Below are positions 56,301 through 63,074 of a stretch of 64,000 bases of DNA, one piece after another (the stretch's first letter is position 1; each line of letters opens with the position of its first letter). A program made the position numbers and the translations under genes. Source of the stretch: Antedon mediterranea (Eukaryota; Animalia; Echinodermata); NCBI RefSeq assembly GCF_964355755.1, contig NC_092671.1, positions 18,724,001-18,788,000 of the forward strand. The letters run 5' to 3'. Below the pieces are notes generated by a model, which was not told the origin of the DNA, did not search any database, and worked only from the letters and a program-made list of their open reading frames with translations.

Positions 56301-59300
56301 AAATGCAGATCGTCAAAAACAGCACATGTACACTGTGTATTCCACCATGCGAGCGAACGCCCTCACGTGTACGACGTTGCCTCTAAATACGAGGTGTAGA
56401 GTGTCGGAAAATTAAGTTTATAGTTCGTGTAATTTATCGTAGAATATCTTATTTTAAAAATCAATTGAACAAGAATTTATCAAGCAGAAAAGCAAGTATA
56501 CAATGTTCGTTAAATAGAAGTGTACCAAAGAAATTTAATAAGCTTCTTTATGGCAGCCGATACCAAATAGTGGTTTTCCGTTTTGGCAACTTGTAGCGTC
56601 GTGTGTGAAGCGATCTTCGACCGCGATGGAGTGTAAACAAAACAGGACCGCTAGGCCTCATATGGCCTAGCGTATATTAGCCTAGCTTGGTTATGATCAA
56701 AGGTAGGTGTATTCGGTGTATGGACGTCGCCAAATACAAAATAATGTATTACGACACACACTATAGATCTTCGAATTAATGGGTGGGCTTATACCCGAGT
56801 GCCTCATTTTTCATGAAAATTAGTCAAAAGTCAGGGATGGGCTTATACCCGAGTATGGGCTTATACCCGCATCAGTATGGTATATCAAAGATTTCTAATC
56901 TCTTCTCTATCTCTATAATTGACAAATCAATTCTAATAATTTTTAAGAACAAACTGTAAAAAATGTCTAAATGAATTATTGTATAAAATAAGCAAACAAG
57001 ACCTGTTTTTAAATTTCAAATGGAAAAAAAAATCCTGTAGGCCTTTGATGATTAAACTTAAGCCACAATCATACTGGAATTATTAATTTAGTAAAATTTC
57101 TCAGGAAAGGAAAAAAACATTCCTGAGAAGGTGACTCGGAAAATTTCCCCAATTGAAATCATATGCACAGGATTTGTTGGCTTGTACAGCAGGTCTGTAT
57201 AGTTTACTAGTCAAGCAAGACTGGGTGAATCTTTCCCTGTGGCTTGCTAAGACGTCCAGTCAGATACTAAGCTGTTTGCACATTGTGGTAAAACAATATG
57301 GATGGTAAGTCCAATGCAATTACAATTTACATCTCGATATTTGTATTATAACAGAGAGAGTATTTTGAAGACGGCGAAAGCTTTGGTGGAAGATACAAAG
57401 ACTCTGGTATCTGGAGCTGCCTCAAGTCAGGAAGAACTAGCTGATGCTGCTCAGTCGGCTGTACTAACTATAACAAGGCTAGCTGATGTCGTCAAACTAG
57501 GAGCTGCTACTCTAGGGGGTGCTGATGTAGAAGGACAGGTAAATTTATTTGTAATTGTCTTTTTGTATACGTTTAAATTTTAATTAAAATTGTACAAGTT
57601 GATGTTTTGTTATATCAATGAGTAATTTTGGTTTTATTACATACATGTGCCTATTTTGTGATCTTTCTGTCACCCATGATGAAGCTTAAAAATGTAATTC
57701 AATGGAACAGTGTAGATGAACAAATACATGAATAAGAGGTCGAAATATTGAATCAATATGTCTTTCCCGCTTTTCTGGAGTTGTTTTATATTTTTATCCA
57801 AAATCATGCATTAAATGTTTTAAAGATGTATTGTCCCTTTGACTAATTCCAAACAAATTATAAAAAAAAAGATTTTGAAAAAAAGTGGGTCATTTTGAAG
57901 TATCATAATAGTTATTAACTTTCACCAAAAATTTGTCGAAAAAAAAATCATTTAACTGAAATACAGACTTTTTTTTGTTCAAAAAATAACTTTGGCTTCC
58001 AGTTTTCGATCAAAACATATCTCGTAATGCAACGCGCTTGTTTGGCTACTCTGTATACCTAATCATTAAACTTCCTCAGAATCTGTGTGAAAACACCTTC
58101 TCAACCATGACAGGTTGTAAACAATCCTAATTAGCATCATGCATAATGCATACTCGTGGTTTGAAATCTTTGTTTACTTTTGTTCGCGACGATTTTCCAG
58201 ATGAAATGTAATCAAATTAAATTACCTGTTAATTACGTAAACTGGTTGTTTTTGGCTCAAATTTTCGACTTAAAGTGAATAACTTTAATATTACTTTGAT
58301 ATGGCCAATTTAAATTTTTGGGTTTCAAGGGACAATACATCTTTAATGTTTAATGGATCTTATGGACACTACAAACAAATGCCAAAATATACATGATTAA
58401 AGTGTTGTTGATGATGCAATTTGTTTGTTATCTATAAATATTTCTTTTGATAGAGCCAACTTTATTGGCTGGCGATTGGCTAGTGTCATTTTTACGTCGC
58501 AGCCAATTGCCGGGCCTAGACAATATAAGACCAAAGAAATACAAAATAAGAAAACACAATTATAAAATATTTTATTCGGCTCTTTCCACATTGATTAAAA
58601 CTGTAGGTCTTAGTTGTTTCTAGAAAAGAAGTTTCATATCAAACTGATTTTGAGTAACATTTTACTTTATAGAAATTCTCCACTCAGTTGTTATACTTAA
58701 AATGTTGTCAACAAACGGTATATTTCTTAACATTTTTAAATTTTAACTTGATTCTTACAGAAAAATATAAGGAAAATTGCTAATTTAGATTAATTTTATA
58801 GTAGTTTTAATGCTGACATTTTTTTTTTATTAATATAGAAATATTTAAGACAATATTATTACCAAACATTTACAACTCCACAAAAAAATTAGTCTTTATT
58901 CATTTTTCACTATGCAGTTCAGCAATTTTTAGAAATTGATGCCGACCTAGGATTTATGTAGCAAAATGTTTGCGAGTTTAAAATCAAAGGTGCCAACATC
59001 TGGGTTCAAATCCCAATTTACATCAGAGTTGGTCAAAACATCTTCCTTATTATTTTGTTTTTCTGTTATTAAATATTTATATCAATGTTATTAGACACAG
59101 ATTGAATGTTTATGTGAAACAATAAATCAGATTCAGATTCGATTTATTAAGTCATTCATACATAGTATAATGATAATTGTTTTCTTGGCAGAAAAACACA
59201 AGCAAAACAATACATACATAATATTTACATTCGTGATCAACTTGGAACTAACAACAACAACAACAACAAATGATCAGCAATAAAAAATACAACAGACCTA

Positions 59301-61383
59301 AAGACCTATCTTTGAAACTCACTGTTGTATAGTCTAATAGCGCTAGGTAAGAATGAAAATATATGTCTATTTGTTTTTACTGAAATTGTTGGTAATCTTC
59401 CAGATCTGGTAACTACTAACTTATTGTTAAGAATATGAGATTCATCAGCTAAAATACTATTTAATTTAGATATCATTCCATCATTACACATTTGTGTGAT
59501 ACCTTTAATTTCGACACCAGTAATTTTGCTTGCATTCCTAACTATTCTGTTTAACTTACTCAAATTTTTCTTTGTTAGAACATTTACCCAAGTAACACAG
59601 CAAAAGCTTAAAACAGATTGAATAACACTTTGATAAAAAAGAAATAAAGAATCACGGCCTATATTATATTGTTTCAACTTCCTTAAGGAATACAGTCGTT
59701 GAACATGAATATCATATATCATGTCATGTTATATCATGTTTTAGCCTTTACAAACATACTGTAACACATAAAGAAAGACAATAAAATCAAATATTGTAAA
59801 TCAGTATGGGCGGATTACCTAGTACTATAAATAAGATAACAGAAGAGAATATTTTGCGTTTTACTGAGGGCATGTTCAGATCCATGGAGTTGTCATATTA
59901 TAATAGCGTCGTATCAGCAAAGTGTTTAGACTCACTTAACTAACACTTTCGTTAGAAACTGATTTGGGCTAACATCTGGTATGCAGTGAAGTAAAATAAA
60001 TTTGATTGGTTGTAGGTCAAAATTTATTTTGTATCATAACCTTGAGCTGTCATAACGAATGAAAGATCATTGTAGTAAAGGGTGGTTCTGACCTATGTAG
60101 TTGTACACCGCTTACGATACGAAGGGATAACTTTGTACTGTAGGTCTGAACAGACCTTAAGACTAGATTATAAATAACAAGAAGCAAGAAGAGCAATGAT
60201 GCAAAATAAAAATAAATAGATTTCTTTTGCTTTTTCCATTATTATCAATATCACTGTCATGTTGGAACATTATTGTCATCAAGAATGCAAAAACATTTTA
60301 GTTTTCATCAACATAATAGCAAAACATTTTATTTTATTTTTTTCTGTTTTAAACAATGATGAAACATAAAACTATGTTTATGTTGAAATAAATGGGGTTT
60401 TTTTTTGTTATCATTGATGACATCACTCATGTACAAATTATTTCAATACAACTTTAAAAATACACAACCACAGTGATAAAATGGATAAAAATTCACCTTT
60501 GCAACACTGCTAAATGGATATCTTGCATGATAATCTTACTAAGTTACAACACAAGGCTTTATTACAATTACAATAACATATTAGACCTACTTTGTATCAT
60601 AGAACATTCAATGAATCCCAATTCTTTCTATAGGCCCATTTACACTAGGACGATCATCGATCGTTATTGTCTTAGTGTAGCAGCCTTTGAAATAGTGTTC
60701 TTTTTTTTCTCTTTATAGAGAAAAGCAAGATTTTTAGACTTTTTTTTAATGCTAGCAATAAGCATCATATGTTAGTCTTGTTTTTTGAAGTTCATACTTG
60801 TGTTCATTTAAGCTGTGTCTCACCTGCTTTAAATATCAATTGAAAGATATTATAAATTATTGCAAATGTAGAAATGCTGGACAAATTAATTAGATTTACC
60901 TATGCAAAGTGCATGTTATGTAAGACCATGAAAATGGCTGCAAAGTGCTTAATTGTATAGAAATCTAGCCTGACATTTCAGAATTCGCAATTATTCAAAT
61001 AACTGTATAAATCGTTTCAACATTTAGACTTCCATTTAGCCAATTTCAAGACTACTGTATATTAAAAATAGATTAAGGACAAATCCAAAATACATTGTTT
61101 TATGAGTACATAACAAATGTTAGCATAGCATCAATCATAAATATTCGGAATACATAATCAGTACTTACCAAAACATTAACATATCTTTGTTAATATTCTG
61201 AAATTGCTAAATTGTGATTAAATAATCAGGTATTGTATATATATTGTTTTTTATCAGGTATTGTTGATCAATGCCGTAAAAGATGTGACTAGTGCCCTTG
61301 GAGACCTGATATCTGCAACTAAAGTAGCCGCTGGCAAGAGCGTAAATGACCCATCTATGGGTCAACTGAAGAATTCAGCCAAG
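14168..61383 (+). CDS. TLN: Talin (FERM head F0-F3, rod R1-R11; 47 constitutive coding exons in window, 2140 codons; 3' part beyond window)
   Basis: Exons join in phase and give talin signatures: KTMQF, YGITFFLVKEKMRGKNKLVPRL, KRWAASPKSFTLDFGDY, VVAPTISSPACQEQL, GIIGDLDTTIMFATAGTLN, ESILKTAKALVEDTK. Confidence 0.96.
14699..14796 (+). CDS. TLN: Talin coding exon 2
   Basis: NEYGLFLADDDPLKGVWLESGKTLEHYLLRHG. Confidence 0.92.
15394..15468 (+). CDS. TLN: Talin coding exon 3
   Basis: DMLEYRKKIRPLRVKLLDGSIKTVL. Confidence 0.92.
16515..16552. repeat. Perfect 38-bp spacerless palindrome
   Basis: catggctcatgtgcaggtt|aacctgcacatgagccatg. Confidence 0.95.
19840..19894 (+). CDS. TLN: Talin coding exon 4
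   Basis: IDDSNTVSQMLITISTKL. Confidence 0.9.
20176..20420 (+). mobile_element. tRNA-derived SINE
   Basis: A box TGGCCTGGTGG, B box GGTTCAAGTC, unrelated body, 3' stem-loop (gagggtccctaatgatcagc..gctggatgga) also seen inverted at 47870-47912, A-rich tail. Confidence 0.7.
20666..20760 (+). CDS. TLN: Talin coding exon 5
   Basis: ITNYDEYSLCRDPVEEE...STLKK. Confidence 0.9.
20800..21080 (+). mobile_element. Degenerate Deu/Nin-domain SINE
   Basis: tcttctcagataaggacttaaaactgatggtc...gtgcacttaaaagaatc matches the copy at 44858-45175. Confidence 0.65.
21333..21411 (+). CDS. TLN: Talin coding exon 6 (F1 loop)
   Basis: EKASALQQRDEKRMQELRKKHHTDDE. Confidence 0.9.
22080..22268. mobile_element. pogo/Tigger-like MITE, degenerate
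   Basis: tagaacc start, ...gtgtccccttaaataatggttatactg-ta end. Confidence 0.45.
22298..22440 (+). CDS. TLN: Talin coding exon 7
   Basis: EWLDHTRTLREQGV...FFSDQNVDRRDPVQLNLLYVQ. Confidence 0.93.
23235..23362 (+). CDS. TLN: Talin coding exon 8 (F2)
   Basis: SRDAILNGTHPC...HKPGFL. Confidence 0.93.
23402..23528. mobile_element. Harbinger-like MITE
   Basis: TIR agctctgcctacacaatcaaa ... tttgatagtgtagacagct, TWA flanks. Confidence 0.6.
23530..23726 (-). mobile_element. Truncated CORE-SINE
   Basis: Aligns by eye to the 3' two-thirds of the copies at 49468 and 62404. Confidence 0.7.
23872..23935 (+). CDS. TLN: Talin coding exon 9
   Basis: LKDFMPKEYVKVKGVEKKIFQ. Confidence 0.92.
24076..24180 (+). 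CDS. TLN: Talin coding exon 10
   Basis: EHRELHGVSELDTKVRYTQLCRSLKTYGITFFLVK. Confidence 0.93.
24723..25353. mobile_element. Non-autonomous DNA transposon, Kolobok-like
   Basis: TTAA on both sides; TIR AGCCCCCTTCCCT / AGGGAAGGGGTCT. Confidence 0.7.
25820..25909 (+). CDS. TLN: Talin coding exon 11 (F3)
   Basis: EKMRGKNKLVPRLMGITKESVVRVDERTKE. Confidence 0.93.
26738..26905 (+). CDS. TLN: Talin coding exon 12 (F3)
   Basis: ILKSWPLTTVKRWAASPKSFTLDFGDY...IAGYIDIILKK. Confidence 0.95.
27166..27334 (+). CDS. TLN: Talin coding exon 13 (linker)
   Basis: QKGKDRLGMEGDEEATLLEDSVSP...SVAMPGVMRTGGS. Confidence 0.9.
27709..27800 (+). CDS. TLN: Talin coding exon 14 (linker)
   Basis: GNNAVTLGEMQRSQQVTIQGQAHAAHQAPL, phase 1 to 0. 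Confidence 0.82.
28107..28247 (+). CDS. TLN: Talin coding exon 15 (R1 start)
   Basis: INAAKQPGLTTAQQALKGTI...VVGKDP. Confidence 0.88.
28359..28459 (+). pseudogene. Tandem duplicate of the 3' half of talin exon 15 with donor site, carrying an in-frame stop
   Basis: Near-identical to 28175-28275; ACC CAG changed to ACT TAA. Confidence 0.9.
28486..28567. mobile_element. pogo/Tigger-like MITE
   Basis: agtagaacccctattcagaggacac ... gtgtccccttaatcgaggtttcactg inverted ends. Confidence 0.55.
28776..28936 (+). CDS. TLN: Talin coding exon 16
   Basis: VSQQWRQNQID...IDYNAVGSHVTT. Confidence 0.9.
29308..29464 (+). CDS. TLN: Talin coding exon 17
   Basis: STNLSELTKGVKML...AAEPDSTE. Confidence 0.92.
29600..29672. 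mobile_element. Harbinger-like MITE fragment
   Basis: ccaaatatggtagtgatatg...gtttgatagtgtagacagag shared with 37752 copy. Confidence 0.55.
29824..29925 (+). CDS. TLN: Talin coding exon 18
   Basis: PRQNLINAANKVGEA...DPKFQ. Confidence 0.92.
31101..31268 (+). CDS. TLN: Talin coding exon 19 (R2)
   Basis: DALLGLAKAVANAT...TSQLVACTK. Confidence 0.93.
31756..31857 (+). CDS. TLN: Talin coding exon 20
   Basis: VVAPTISSPACQEQLVEAAKLVAKSVEGVVDSSK. Confidence 0.93.
32970..33569. mobile_element. Non-autonomous DNA transposon, Kolobok-like
   Basis: TTAA on both sides; imperfect TIR AGGCCAGGTACGGGCA / TGCCTGTACCTGAGCT. Confidence 0.6.
35210..35500 (+). mobile_element. Degenerate Deu/Nin-domain tRNA-SINE
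   Basis: aagtggttaagacagtgg head and gactgaaggggtcac tail match the reverse complement of 44858-45175. Confidence 0.7.
35894..36121 (+). CDS. TLN: Talin coding exon 21 (R2/R3)
   Basis: DATEDENLL...EMVKQAKVLAQ. Confidence 0.93.
36487..36618 (+). CDS. TLN: Talin coding exon 22
   Basis: ATSELVNAIK...ILADATARMVEAAK. Confidence 0.93.
37136..37264 (+). CDS. TLN: Talin coding exon 23
   Basis: LCATSPND...TNAAAANAQKKRVLQQLE. Confidence 0.9.
37542..37655 (+). CDS. TLN: Talin coding exon 24 (R4)
   Basis: NAAKHNVAAATQCIAAAQ...LIAECR. Confidence 0.9.
37752..37908. mobile_element. Harbinger-like MITE
   Basis: gtctacactatgaaact ... tttgatagtgtagat inverted ends; internal IR tgtgatgtgccca / tgggcacatcaca. 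Confidence 0.65.
38055..38168 (+). CDS. TLN: Talin coding exon 25
   Basis: SVVEHIPELVHGIK...LINASQNYIQ. Confidence 0.9.
38423..38557 (+). CDS. TLN: Talin coding exon 26
   Basis: PATKMVSAAKATIP...LRTASTK. Confidence 0.92.
38651..38779 (+). CDS. TLN: Talin coding exon 27
   Basis: AQEACGDLEIDSA...LLPLPGET. Confidence 0.92.
39069..39380 (+). CDS. TLN: Talin coding exon 28 (R5)
   Basis: PESCAGQLGATSKGVGAAMAQLL...QQRLAQ. Confidence 0.94.
39785..39904 (+). CDS. TLN: Talin coding exon 29
   Basis: VAKAVSHALNNCVNCLPGQKDVD...LATGK. Confidence 0.93.
40473..40577 (+). CDS. TLN: Candidate 105-nt talin cassette exon
   Basis: cAG-RQSMLLKSETVSIPVRMMQRLEGTVPKGYPAYIYQ-GTAGTA, phase 0-0, GC-richer than flanks. 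Confidence 0.4.
40924..41290 (+). mobile_element. Deu/Nin-domain tRNA-SINE with different 3' tail
   Basis: tRNA-like head, core gtgcactttaaagaacccagtacatc...gagtaggggattaccccggtgt, (tacat)n tail. Confidence 0.7.
41998..42198 (+). CDS. TLN: Talin coding exon 30 (R6)
   Basis: YPDTPNRSYPEHQAAL...GMGMARAAP. Confidence 0.9.
42288..42440. repeat. MITE-derived region with 17-bp tandem repeat
   Basis: (ataggtgtgtcccctga)x3 after cagtagaatcc. Confidence 0.7.
42520..42659 (+). CDS. TLN: Talin coding exon 31
   Basis: SKEAQSKMVTSLKTISVSSSKLLL...KNQLAAAA. Confidence 0.9.
43168..43351 (+). CDS. TLN: Talin coding exon 32 (R6/R7)
   Basis: AVTEAINDLI...APGQQECDNALR...YFECLDTVIAKSK. Confidence 0.93.
44007..44129 (+). 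CDS. TLN: Talin coding exon 33
   Basis: ALGGSMAGITRNAK...LAEAAAQ. Confidence 0.92.
44575..44718 (+). CDS. TLN: Talin coding exon 34
   Basis: SAYLVGISDPSSVAGRPGLVDQTQFARA... Confidence 0.93.
44858..45175 (-). mobile_element. Full-length Deu/Nin-domain tRNA-SINE
   Basis: A box TGGCCAAGCGG, B box GGTTCGAGGC, core ggataaggactataaaccgtaggtc...ttaaagaacc...gagtagggggttaccccggtgt resembling the Deu/Nin domain. Confidence 0.8.
45365..46840 (-). mobile_element. Rex1/Babar-like LINE remnant (endonuclease + RT, frameshifted, internally deleted)
   Basis: PPLPSMILGNVRSLSNKIDE, CFTETWL, RADRTVESGKKRGGVCFYIN, KSTGPDGI, DPLQFAY, DFSSAFN, GTPQGSVISP, KYADDT motifs. Confidence 0.85.
47155..47316 (+). CDS. 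TLN: Talin coding exon 35 (R8)
   Basis: VLSAATEVAKHTSALCN...FVQSAKDVANNTANLVKSIK. Confidence 0.94.
47585..47725 (+). CDS. TLN: Talin coding exon 36
   Basis: ALDGNFSEDNR...FASSPEFASVPAEITPQ. Confidence 0.93.
48844..49025 (+). CDS. TLN: Talin coding exon 37
   Basis: AREAMEPII...NPKDPPTWQLLANHSKNVSDSIKKLVASI. Confidence 0.94.
49468..49778 (-). mobile_element. Full-length CORE-type tRNA-SINE with L2-like tail
   Basis: tRNA-like head, core ggcaagatactttac...tgcctctctccacccaggtgtataaatgggtacc, tail agcgcttagag...gcgctat..tattatta. Confidence 0.85.
49848..49868 (+). CDS. TLN: Candidate 21-nt talin microexon
   Basis: tgctttttttAG aggttccacacagtattcttc GTAAGC, phase 2-2, no stop (GSTQYSS). Confidence 0.45.
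51678..51810 (+). CDS. TLN: Talin coding exon 38 (R9)
   Basis: DRAPGQHECDQAI...DLDQASLAAISQSL. Confidence 0.93.
52405..52506 (+). CDS. TLN: Talin coding exon 39
   Basis: GYTEQMANSA...AEKLGHE. Confidence 0.9.
52950..53120 (+). CDS. TLN: Talin coding exon 40
   Basis: VLTMANYF...LLDQTKTVAECALQLLYAAREGGGNPK. Confidence 0.94.
53842..53988 (+). CDS. TLN: Talin coding exon 41
   Basis: ARHTHSAIEESAEGMKEAVDDL...ISKAIIV. Confidence 0.92.
54301..54399 (+). CDS. TLN: Talin coding exon 42 (R10)
   Basis: TDDNITEMDGDFVDYQTSMVKSCKAIIKTAQDM. Confidence 0.92.
54794..54910 (+). CDS. TLN: Talin coding exon 43
   Basis: VGKSNSDVGELGTLA...ASPE. Confidence 0.9.
54982..55140. mobile_element. pogo/Tigger-like MITE, degenerate
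   Basis: agtgaaaccctcattaaggagacacc start; gtgtccc repeats. Confidence 0.45.
55456..55602 (+). CDS. TLN: Talin coding exon 44
   Basis: VGQRIKSSVQDLG...ARSVSEK. Confidence 0.92.
55970..56139 (+). CDS. TLN: Talin coding exon 45 (R10/R11)
   Basis: AGSRGTQACINA...GIIGDLDTTIMFATAGTLN...FADH. Confidence 0.94.
56216..56880. mobile_element. Non-autonomous Tc1/mariner (Tc2-like) element
   Basis: TA flanks; 25-bp TIR CCGTACTGACGCGAGTATAAGCCCA / TGGGCTTATACCCGCATCAGTATGG; internal tgggcttatacccg repeats. Confidence 0.85.
57355..57538 (+). CDS. TLN: Talin coding exon 46
   Basis: ESILKTAKALVEDTK...VVKLGAATLG... Confidence 0.94.
57824..58342. mobile_element. Non-autonomous DNA transposon, Kolobok-like
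   Basis: TTAA on both sides; perfect 16-bp TIR AGATGTATTGTCCCTT / AAGGGACAATACATCT. Confidence 0.8.
59127..59722 (-). mobile_element. 5'-truncated Rex1/Babar-like LINE 3' end
   Basis: QRLYSLRKLK...FYQSVIQSVLSFCCVTW...SGR...SFLPSAIRLYN then AATAAA and (gaatct)n tail. Confidence 0.85.
59868..60157. mobile_element. Possible Harbinger-like non-autonomous element
   Basis: Imperfect TIR gggcatgttcagatc / ggtctgaacagacct. Confidence 0.35.
61258..61383 (+). CDS. TLN: Talin coding exon 47 (R11)
   Basis: VLLINAVKDVTSALGDLISATK...DPSMGQLKNSAK. Confidence 0.94.
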
Positions 61384-62403
61384 GTATGGTTAACAAAACA
61401 CTTTTTCTACTTTTCAGTTCATGTATAATTGAATTAGGACAAATTGTAACCTGATAATTTAAAAATATTTTCCAATACAAAGATTACAAACTTGTTAGCT
61501 GCACATTTACACACAATTGGCACATTTAACAATGTTTTTTTAGTTATTATATGTAAACCTAACAAATATGATATGTTATAACATTAGATTACAACATTCA
61601 ATATAGTAATGTTTTATGTAATTAACTAATAATTTAGATATCTACAATATTATTTTTTATAATGATTAATCAAATGTACAGCACTTGATCTAATTAACTT
61701 ATCATACAGTATAATGTATTTTAAAGTGGTTTACTTGCAACCTTGCTTAATTCAGGTTAACACTAAACATACACCTTACTTGAGACAATGAAAATGTAAA
61801 GCACTGAGTGATCGAATATTTAAAACACTATTGAAGATAATAAAAATATGTTATTCATACTTTTAGTGCATGTTTTAAATTTGCTGTTAATCATGTTTTT
61901 GGCAGGCATATGCTGCATGCGTTTTGGTACATATACCATTTGTTGAATTTAGAATTTTCACATTCATTAATTACTATAGCGTAATTTCCTATTCTTACTC
62001 AATATTCCTCCAAAGCTACAGTGTTGTAATTTGTGATATACGCTTGTGCTATAATATCTGCTATTGTACCGACTTGCAGCACTAGTCCGGTACAGACCAA
62101 CAAAGCTGGTAGAGTGAAATTAATTCCTACAAAATTTCAAGAGAATTAAAAATCTATACAATAATAACTATTGATTTTTAATTTGATGATAATTGTGCTA
62201 TATTTTATTTGTATTGAATTTTTGTATGTAACCCAAGGTTGCGAGTCAATCGCTTTAATTGCAATTATTTACTATACTGAACTAGAATACAGTTTTTATT
62301 GCAAATGATTTTGAAATGTTGCAACATAAGAGCACTGTAGACTCATATAAGGAGGTTAGCTTCTAGCTCACTTCACCACAAAATTGAAAATAAAACAAGT
62401 TTT

Positions 62404-62701
62404 TATGTGAGGGCGTGTGTTGGACGTTGGACTACTGATCGTGAGACCGAGGTTCGAATCCAACTCTCGCCGCATTGCTTGTATCTGTAGGCAAGATACT
62501 TTACTTACGTTTGCCTCTCTCCACCCAGGTGTATAAATGGGTACCCGGTTAGATCAAGACACAACTTTGCGCTGATTACTAGCTGCATTATGGAAGTATG
62601 TTTCCATACGTGTTTGATCCCAAAAAAATGACTGAAGTAATAATGTTCAGCGCTTAGAGGTTTCATTACATTAGGCGCTATATAAATCAAGGATATTATT
62701 A
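62404..62701 (+). mobile_element. CORE-type tRNA-SINE with L2-like tail
   Basis: Near-identical reverse complement of 49468-49778; B box GGTTCGAATCC; short deletion in A-box region. Confidence 0.85.
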
Positions 62702-63020
62702 CACAGCAAAGCACACAAGAAAAACCTAAAACTTGTAATTGATATTCAAGAAGTAACTATGAAAATCCTTTGTGGCTTAAATTTTCCACCAAAACTTGTA
62801 TAGTCAGTATAGTATATAATAACACTGTATGCAAAGTGTATTAGTATTTTATACACAATATAATTACTCAGATTTCTGCTCTAATAATTCTATACCATAA
62901 TAAAACAATGATAATACATTTCTTGTACTATTATTACTGTGCAACAGTTTTAAGAAATGCTCTTTGATAATCTTTTTTGTCAATGTTGCATGTTTTAAAC
63001 ATTTTTACTGCACATCGCAG

Positions 63021-63074
63021 CTGGAACAGTACAAGTACCAAAGGTCAATGGAACAACTGAAGAAGTCCGCCAAG
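63021..63074 (+). CDS. TLN: Candidate alternative talin exon (18 aa) paralogous to the end of exon 47
   Basis: cgcAG-LEQYKYQRSMEQLKKSAK-GT, phase 0-0; SMEQLKKSAK vs SMGQLKNSAK. Confidence 0.6.

Noticed and set aside
61756-61845. Alternative terminal talin exon VNTKHTPYLRQ* followed by AATAAA
   Set aside because: Acceptor plus stop plus AATAAA is common by chance in AT-rich introns; no independent support
62080-62108. 29-nt exon feeding into the 63021 exon
   Set aside because: Stop codon in phase 0; would need an upstream phase-1 donor that I could not identify
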